IMG/VR virus record: IMGVR_UViG_3300027969_000052
Span: 64,968-128,967 of that record
Length of the DNA: 64,000 bases
Reading direction: 5' to 3' (one strand)
DNA from: a virus
Part shown: positions 57,785 through 64,000 of the stretch, piece by piece
Numbering within the stretch: the first letter of the stretch is position 1
Layout of the letters: the number at the start of each line of letters is the position of its first letter
Program-made: the position numbers and the translations under genes
Notes under the pieces: generated by a model
Database searches by the model: none
The model's input: the letters and a program-made list of their open reading frames with translations, nothing else
What the model was told of the DNA's origin: nothing

Positions 57785-60397
57785 ATGACAAAAATAACAC
57801 AACTACCAGTTGTATCAACAATGGCCGATCAGAGCGTGTTCGTTGTTGTTGACAACGGAGTAACAAAAAAATTAACTTACTCGGCTCTTAAAACAACCCT
57901 AAAAGGTGACAAGGGTGAAACTGGAGAAACAGGCGCCAAAGGCGATACTGGAGCCCAGGGAGATAAAGGAGATAAAGGTGACACAGGTGCGCAAGGTCCA
58001 GTAGGTCCGTTGGCTCCATTTAGTACTGCTACTGATATACGTCTCGGCGGTATTAAGATCGGTACAGGTGTAAACGTAACAGGTGACGGAACATTAAGTG
58101 TTCCGATTGTTACAATTACTACTGCAACTGCACTAGTACCTGGCGTAGTTACTCCTGGATCAGGGCTTCAATTAATTGGCGAAAATGCCGCTCTTACATT
58201 AAATGCTAGACTATCAAGACCTGCATACAAAGAATTAAGAATTGTTGCATCCGCTGGAAATACTTCGGGTTACGGTATTGAAGGTTATACAGGTTCAAAC
58301 CCGAGCGTTACTGGAATTTTACCGGGAAGCACAGTTGCTTTTGTGATTCCTAATCAACCATCACATCCTGTACAAATTAGGACAGCCCCAGGCGGCGCCG
58401 CAGTAACAGAGGGCGATTGGTTATGGGTATCTAACACCGGTACAAGCGTTGCTGGCGCAGGCGCTAACTTTGTCGGTCGATTCAACGGTACAATGTTTTG
58501 GACTGTGCCAGATGCCCCGTCACAGAGTGTTGTTTACTATCAGTGTATTTTTCACCCAGGTATGCTCGGGTCAATTGCAATTAAGAATGATGCACAAATT
58601 ATTGATGGTAGAATAACATCGGGATTGGCCGCAGTTGCACAAGATATATTACCAGACGGTAATGATACAAGAAATCTTGGTAGCGCATCTAAGCGATGGA
58701 ATACTCTTTTTGTTGGCCCTGATAGTATTGATATCAATGGCACTCAGCTTACATACTCTGGTGGTAAGATTGCATCTAGTGGCGGTTTTGAATTAGGTAA
58801 ATCTATTGTAGCAACTGCGCTAACATCGTCTGGTAGTTTTAGATCTGCACCGGTAATTAAAGTCACTGATGCAACTGGAAGCGGATTCCAAGCAACAACT
58901 TCGATTGTTCCAACATCTATAGATTCTTTAACTTATACAGTCTTAGATACTACTAGTACATATTGGTTCCGTCCATCGGATACAGTTACAATCGACTTTA
59001 CAGGTGGCGATGGTACAGGTGCACAGGCTTCTGCCGATATGGGATTGTATATTAAATCTCCTGTTCTGTCTTATAATTCACCTCCTGTTGCATCATTAGT
59101 TTTTGCTAATCAAACAACTCTTAATGCCCAGGCACAATTACAAATTAGTGATGCTCAGATTGTACAGCGTTTGGCAGATTTCTTACCGTATGTTGCATTG
59201 ACTGAATTGCGAGATGGCCTTCCAACTTTCCGTGATCCTCAAGTTAATCAAACTAAAGCGTTAAAATATACTGACGTAGATATTCCTAGCGGAGTAGTAA
59301 CATTTGATATTAACTTGGCATTTGCTACAATTCCTTTAGGAACTTATTTGTTTGAAGTCCCTCAATTAGTTATTGCTGACGGAAACTATCCGCTAATCTG
59401 CGAAACAGTACAGGTAGGTAAATTAGTTGCCAACGGCGGGCAATACAGCTGGTATCTTGCTAACCGATTAGATGAAGGTCAGCTACCAAACGGGACTGTT
59501 GAGGGAGATTTTGTTCCTGTAACCTGTTCGGCACTAGACAATGCCGGCCAGCCGGGGTATTGGTATCTAAGCTCAAATCTTGACGGAACACAGAAAAATT
59601 TTACAGAAGTGTTATATGGGGTTAGAGGAGTTAGTTTAGATAATCCTGGATCAGATTACACACAAGCTCCGATTTTTAATATTAAAGCTAACGGAGTTAC
59701 GAAAGCACAAGGGTCATCGGTGCTTTCAGCTACTCCAGTATCTGCGATCAGCATCTCAGCATTTGGTAGTAGCTATACCCCTTCAGCATCAGTAGTTCTA
59801 CAAGGAGCCCATACCGGTCCTTTAGTTACTGGCCCTACCTCAGATGCAAATATGTGGAGAGTTACTACAAGTTTTTATCCGTTAGCCACAACTCGAGCCC
59901 CCGGACAAACGATATTTGTTCACAATATAGATGTTACTGGCTCAGCTACTCCGAGTAACGGACAACGGGTTAGAAATGCAACAACAGGTGTATTACTACC
60001 CGGAACTATAGTTTCAGTTTCTCCTGTATGGAATACTAATAATGTTCGCTTATATCAAGTAAACATGAGCCAAAGTGTTACTGTTGCAAACGACAATTAT
60101 ATCTCTTTTGGTACCTATGAAGCAGAAATTACACCCGAACAGCGTACAGCAGAACCAGTATTACCGGCAACAAAAACTAAGTTAGGTACAGTAATAGTTG
60201 GCGACGGACTAAACGTTGCAAACGGTACAATATCGTGGAAATTAGCAGATGTACCCGCAACTAGTAAAGGCCAAGCGGGTGATCAAGAAGGTTCTTTAGC
60301 CGCAAGTAGCTCGCATATCTATTATTGCATAGCGGACTATACTGACGGTGTAGCAAACATCTGGAAGCGTGTAGCATTGACTACACAAACCTGGTAA
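57785..60397 (+). CDS. Fibre protein with collagen repeat and cupredoxin-like domain
   Basis: MTKITQLP N-terminus; 12 Gly-X-Y triplets; ATxxxLGGIKIG repeats; H...CIFHPGM; C-terminal YYCIADY...WKRVAL. Confidence 0.85.
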   Translation: MTKITQLPVVSTMADQSVFVVVDNGVTKKLTYSALKTTLKGDKGETGETGAKGDTGAQGDKGDKGDTGAQGPVGPLAPFSTATDIRLGGIKIGTGVNVTGDGTLSVPIVTITTATALVPGVVTPGSGLQLIGENAALTLNARLSRPAYKELRIVASAGNTSGYGIEGYTGSNPSVTGILPGSTVAFVIPNQPSHPVQIRTAPGGAAVTEGDWLWVSNTGTSVAGAGANFVGRFNGTMFWTVPDAPSQSVVYYQCIFHPGMLGSIAIKNDAQIIDGRITSGLAAVAQDILPDGNDTRNLGSASKRWNTLFVGPDSIDINGTQLTYSGGKIASSGGFELGKSIVATALTSSGSFRSAPVIKVTDATGSGFQATTSIVPTSIDSLTYTVLDTTSTYWFRPSDTVTIDFTGGDGTGAQASADMGLYIKSPVLSYNSPPVASLVFANQTTLNAQAQLQISDAQIVQRLADFLPYVALTELRDGLPTFRDPQVNQTKALKYTDVDIPSGVVTFDINLAFATIPLGTYLFEVPQLVIADGNYPLICETVQVGKLVANGGQYSWYLANRLDEGQLPNGTVEGDFVPVTCSALDNAGQPGYWYLSSNLDGTQKNFTEVLYGVRGVSLDNPGSDYTQAPIFNIKANGVTKAQGSSVLSATPVSAISISAFGSSYTPSASVVLQGAHTGPLVTGPTSDANMWRVTTSFYPLATTRAPGQTIFVHNIDVTGSATPSNGQRVRNATTGVLLPGTIVSVSPVWNTNNVRLYQVNMSQSVTVANDNYISFGTYEAEITPEQRTAEPVLPATKTKLGTVIVGDGLNVANGTISWKLADVPATSKGQAGDQEGSLAASSSHIYYCIADYTDGVANIWKRVALTTQTW
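57905..58012 (+). repeat. Collagen-like (Gly-X-Y)12 coding repeat
   Basis: GDK GET GET GAK GDT GAQ GDK GDK GDT GAQ GPV GPL. Confidence 0.9.
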
Positions 60398-60416
60398 ACA
60401 ATACAATTAACTAAGC

Positions 60417-60424
60417 GATAAATA
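60417..60424 (+). promoter_or_regulatory. Late promoter motif GATAAATA, 5 nt before ATG
   Basis: GATAAATA-ACATT-ATG. Confidence 0.7.
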
Positions 60425-60429
60425 ACATT

Positions 60430-61098
60430 ATGGACGATTCAAACGATACAAAAATGACTGAAAATCAAGAGAAAACCCCCCAAGAAGCCGCTCCAACTGA
60501 GCAAGGCAACCTGCATATTCGCGGACATATTAAGATTAGCGACCCTACAACAGGAGAAGTTATTGTTGATAAACCTAATGCAATTCATTACGAAAATTTT
60601 AGTATTGCGTTAGCTCGAGCAATCAGCAATCAAGGCGAGGGATGGATAGGCGAAATGGCATTCGGCAATGGTGGTAGCCGCGTTGATCCGACAGGGATTA
60701 TTACATATCTAACTCCTAATGCTGTTGGTATCAATGCAAGTTTATACAACGAAACCTACTCTAAAGTAATTGATACTAATAGTGTTGATAATCTAGATCC
60801 AAGCCGTAATTTTATGACAGTAAGACACATTACCGGTACACCTTACACTGATGTACTAGTAAGTTGTTTATTGGATTTTGGTGAACCAAACGGGCAAGGT
60901 GCATTTGATAATTCAACAGACTACAACGGAACCTATGTATTTGATGAATTAGGGTTACGAGCATACAACAGTAACGGTACCGGAACTGGTGATTTGTTAA
61001 CACACGTTATATTCCATCCAGTGCAAAAAAGTTTAAATCGTATTCTACAAATAGATTATACTGTTAGAATACAAAGTCTAACATCATTAACCGGATAA
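60430..61098 (+). CDS. Baseplate/fibre attachment protein
   Basis: 222 aa; MAFGNGG, FDELGL, LLTHVIFHPVQKSLNR..IDYTVRI pattern of baseplate-distal proteins. Confidence 0.65.
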   Translation: MDDSNDTKMTENQEKTPQEAAPTEQGNLHIRGHIKISDPTTGEVIVDKPNAIHYENFSIALARAISNQGEGWIGEMAFGNGGSRVDPTGIITYLTPNAVGINASLYNETYSKVIDTNSVDNLDPSRNFMTVRHITGTPYTDVLVSCLLDFGEPNGQGAFDNSTDYNGTYVFDELGLRAYNSNGTGTGDLLTHVIFHPVQKSLNRILQIDYTVRIQSLTSLTG

Positions 61099-61102
61099 TA
61101 TA

Positions 61103-62878
61103 ATGGCAACAGGTGATTATAAAATAACGTTTACGGATCCGGCCAAAGATGCCGGTGGATACTATATTACCGTACAAGAAGGCAATGTTAACACAGTTGA
61201 CACTTCATTAACACTTGTTGGTCGAAATTTTCCATCGTATGGCCAGGTCCTTGCACAAGATCTTGTTCATTTACTTGAAAACTTTTCTAGTTCGAGTCCG
61301 CCAAATAACCCAATCGAAGGACAGTTATGGTTCGACACTACTGACTTAAATTCTAAAAAATTAAAAATTAACGATGGGACCGCACAGGCCGCAACTTGGT
61401 ATCCAGTTGGCGGTGTACACCAGCAAGCAAACGAGCCAGTTAATACTCAAATCGGTGACATATGGGTTGATACTTCAAATAATCAACTAAAGATTTTTAA
61501 CGGAGCTGATTTTACACTTATTGGTCCTAATTATAGTAACGCATTAAAATCTGGTAGTTATGCTACGACTGCAACTGATATATTAGGCGGCTCCCATAAT
61601 ATTGTTATCAATTATATAAACGGTAATGCAATAGAAATTATTTCACAAGATGCATTTACTCCGTTACAAATTATTGATGGATTTAGTACTATTAAATCCG
61701 GATCAAATGTTACAGGAAAAAATCTTGGAACATTAGTATCTCCTAGTTATGCACAATATAACGGTGTGGCTAGTCAAGCCGCGGCCCTACAGCAAACAGT
61801 ACCTAGTTTACAAATAGTTAGTGCAAATAATTTTGTTCGAAATGATATTAATCAAAAAATTAGCGGAATTTTAAATGTTGGTAACGACGGTGGTGTAACA
61901 GTTGGCCTAGATCCTACATTTATTATTCAAAGAGATAATCAGTATCAAGGTACATTCCTTAATACATATAATGGCGGCGACTTCCAGTTCCAGATAGTTA
62001 AAGATAATATTAAGAACTCTATCTTAACAATTAAAGGAACTAGTAAGCGGGTTGGAATTAATACAGCTAGTCCAACAGCTGATCTAGATGTAAACGGCAA
62101 TGTTAGCTTATCTGGAAATTTATATTCAACAGGTTCAGCATACGTTTCACATAATTTGTATGTATCAAATGCCTACGTTGCATCAACACTAACTTGTAAG
62201 TATGAGCAGATTTTAGTAGGTCCATTAACAATAGGTGATGAAAATACAACATCACCTACAGCAATGATTCCATATGCTACGTCCACATACGACATCGGCA
62301 GTCCGACTAAACGTTGGAGAAATATCTACGCTAATACATTTGTTGGATATCTAGCAGGTACCGCAACAATCGCAACTAAATTGGTCGGAGCAACAACATT
62401 CTACCTTTCAGGTGATGTTGGTAGTGCAGGTTTATCATGGGACGGTACTCCGGCCGCAAATAAAAGTTTTATAACTACGCTAACTGCCCAAGCAATTTTT
62501 AGTAAAGCATCAACATCGACTACTTCAATAACTGATTCTGTGATGGTATATCGTCCACAGGCGTTACCAGATAGCGGCTTACAAGGAAATGGAAGTTTAT
62601 ATAAACAAACTAAAGCAGATTTCTTACAAGATGTTTACAAGCTACTGTTATTTACAGGTGCAGTAACGGCAACCGCCGGACAATCAGGCTCGGTACCAGC
62701 AGGATGGTTAAAGTGTGACGGATCTTCATATAATATTGCAGACTACCCCGCGCTATATGCAGTTATTGGACAAACCTACGGTGGCTCCGGAAGTCAGTTT
62801 AATGTTCCTGATTTGTCCTCTCAATTAGGTGCTGGTCCTACTTCGCCGCAATATTTGGATTATTATATAAAGACTTAA
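61103..62878 (+). CDS. Short tail fibre-like protein with tail-collar domain
   Basis: N-terminal SLTLVGRN..YG...HLLENF..P..GQLWFD; C-terminal collar VPAGWLKCDGS....YPALYAVIG.TYGG....FNVPDL. Confidence 0.85.
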   Translation: MATGDYKITFTDPAKDAGGYYITVQEGNVNTVDTSLTLVGRNFPSYGQVLAQDLVHLLENFSSSSPPNNPIEGQLWFDTTDLNSKKLKINDGTAQAATWYPVGGVHQQANEPVNTQIGDIWVDTSNNQLKIFNGADFTLIGPNYSNALKSGSYATTATDILGGSHNIVINYINGNAIEIISQDAFTPLQIIDGFSTIKSGSNVTGKNLGTLVSPSYAQYNGVASQAAALQQTVPSLQIVSANNFVRNDINQKISGILNVGNDGGVTVGLDPTFIIQRDNQYQGTFLNTYNGGDFQFQIVKDNIKNSILTIKGTSKRVGINTASPTADLDVNGNVSLSGNLYSTGSAYVSHNLYVSNAYVASTLTCKYEQILVGPLTIGDENTTSPTAMIPYATSTYDIGSPTKRWRNIYANTFVGYLAGTATIATKLVGATTFYLSGDVGSAGLSWDGTPAANKSFITTLTAQAIFSKASTSTTSITDSVMVYRPQALPDSGLQGNGSLYKQTKADFLQDVYKLLLFTGAVTATAGQSGSVPAGWLKCDGSSYNIADYPALYAVIGQTYGGSGSQFNVPDLSSQLGAGPTSPQYLDYYIKT

Positions 62879-62882
62879 GACT

Positions 62883-64000
62883 ATGGCATATACACTTAAA
62901 CTTACTAACGGAAAAATTTTATTAAATCTATCTGATCAAAAAACAGATGAATTGTCTACCAGCCTGACTTTAATTGGTAAGAATGTTAGTGCATACGGAA
63001 CATACTATAACACAAACTTTATTCATCTGCTAGAAAATTTTGCCAGCCCGGCACAGCCAAGAAGCCCGCTCGTCGGGCAGTTGTGGTACAATACTGCGTT
63101 GGGAAGAATGTTTGTTTACAATCTAACTAACCAATTCAAACCAGTAGGCGGTCCGATCGTTAGTCCAACAACCCCTACTGGAATTGTCAGCGGAGATTTG
63201 TGGCTAGACTCTGTATCTAAGCAATTAAAAGTTTATGATGGTGCTGATTTTATTACAGCAGGCCCAATCTATTCCGACTCTCAAGGAAAAGCAGGGTGGA
63301 TAGTTGAAGATATTTTAGCCGACAACGTGCAAACATATACAGTATCTAGTTTGTATAACAACGGAGTGTTGATTGCAATTCTAAGTGAAGTCACATTTAC
63401 TCCTGCTACACCATATAACGGTATTGCAAAAGTTTGGGCAGGCCTAACATTTAATCACAGCATTCCTGGAATTAGAATAACTGCCACAGCAACTAACGCT
63501 ACATCTGTTGCCAACGTTGATAGCACTAAATTTTTAAGAAACGATACAAACGGAACTATAGATGGGCAGTTAGGAATTCTTTCTAACGGTGGCCTAGCAA
63601 TTGGACAATATCAAAATATTCAATTATATGTTGATGAAACTAGTGCCGATGTGTCGACGATCCATTCTACGTTACTTGATACTAAACTTAAAATTTTAGT
63701 TAACGGCTCTGTTGAAGGTACAGTTTCTGCTGTAACAGTTAACCCATCAGGTAAGCGTGTTGGAATATGGAATGAAGATCCCCAAGCAAGTCTTGATATA
63801 CAAGGTAACGTGATTGTTCGAGGTGATTTATTTGTTCAAAACACCGCAACCAATGTCACGGTTAACAATCTAGTAGTTAATGATATTAATATTGAGCTAG
63901 CATCACCGGCAGGATCCTTGCCAGATGCAGGCATTGAAGGCGGCGGCATTACTTTACATGGTACCATCGATCATAATATTTTTTACAGAAACGGAATACC
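62883..64000 (+). CDS. Paralogous tail fibre protein (runs off window end; absent from ORF track)
   Basis: ATG 62883 gives MAYTLKLTNGK...SLTLIGKNVSAYG...HLLENFASPAQPRSPLVGQLWY, the same N-terminal module as 61103-62878. Confidence 0.85.
   Translation, partial: MAYTLKLTNGKILLNLSDQKTDELSTSLTLIGKNVSAYGTYYNTNFIHLLENFASPAQPRSPLVGQLWYNTALGRMFVYNLTNQFKPVGGPIVSPTTPTGIVSGDLWLDSVSKQLKVYDGADFITAGPIYSDSQGKAGWIVEDILADNVQTYTVSSLYNNGVLIAILSEVTFTPATPYNGIAKVWAGLTFNHSIPGIRITATATNATSVANVDSTKFLRNDTNGTIDGQLGILSNGGLAIGQYQNIQLYVDETSADVSTIHSTLLDTKLKILVNGSVEGTVSAVTVNPSGKRVGIWNEDPQASLDIQGNVIVRGDLFVQNTATNVTVNNLVVNDINIELASPAGSLPDAGIEGGGITLHGTIDHNIFYRNGI

Noticed and set aside
1-64000. Stop-codon reassignment, diversity-generating retroelement, integrase or IS
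   Set aside because: Very long ORFs are intact in the standard code and TAG ends the GIY-YIG gene; no reverse transcriptase, adenine-variable repeat pair, recombinase or transposase seen.

Overview
AT-rich 64-kb segment of a large, lytic T4-related myovirus read in the standard genetic code. It holds the virion morphogenesis region. Minus strand, about 1-25.6 kb: fibre/spike genes, then the head module (gp23 capsid, gp22 scaffold, gp21 protease, core proteins, gp20 portal) and a tape-measure-like gene. Centre: a gp26-like chaperone gene with a probable -1 frameshift extension, a ~460-nt structured non-coding region, and a sigma70-driven block gp55-gp47-gp46-Hc1-like-GIY-YIG. Plus strand, 33.1-64 kb: baseplate module (tube initiator, gp53, hub, gp5-like spike with lambda-type lysozyme, gp25, gp6, a 4699-aa wedge protein) and fibres. 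A TAAATA late-promoter motif recurs 14 times between genes. Three signals stand out. (1) A 3268-aa spike protein carries 15 tandem ~140-165-aa helical domains that resemble phycobiliprotein globin folds and all keep the bilin-attachment motif C-x-R-D. (2) A pseudoknotted putative ncRNA or origin element begins at the stop codon of a stand-alone GIY-YIG nuclease gene. (3) A G/GT-type slippery site lies next to the tape measure gene. All homology calls are by eye and from recalled family motifs; no searches were run.
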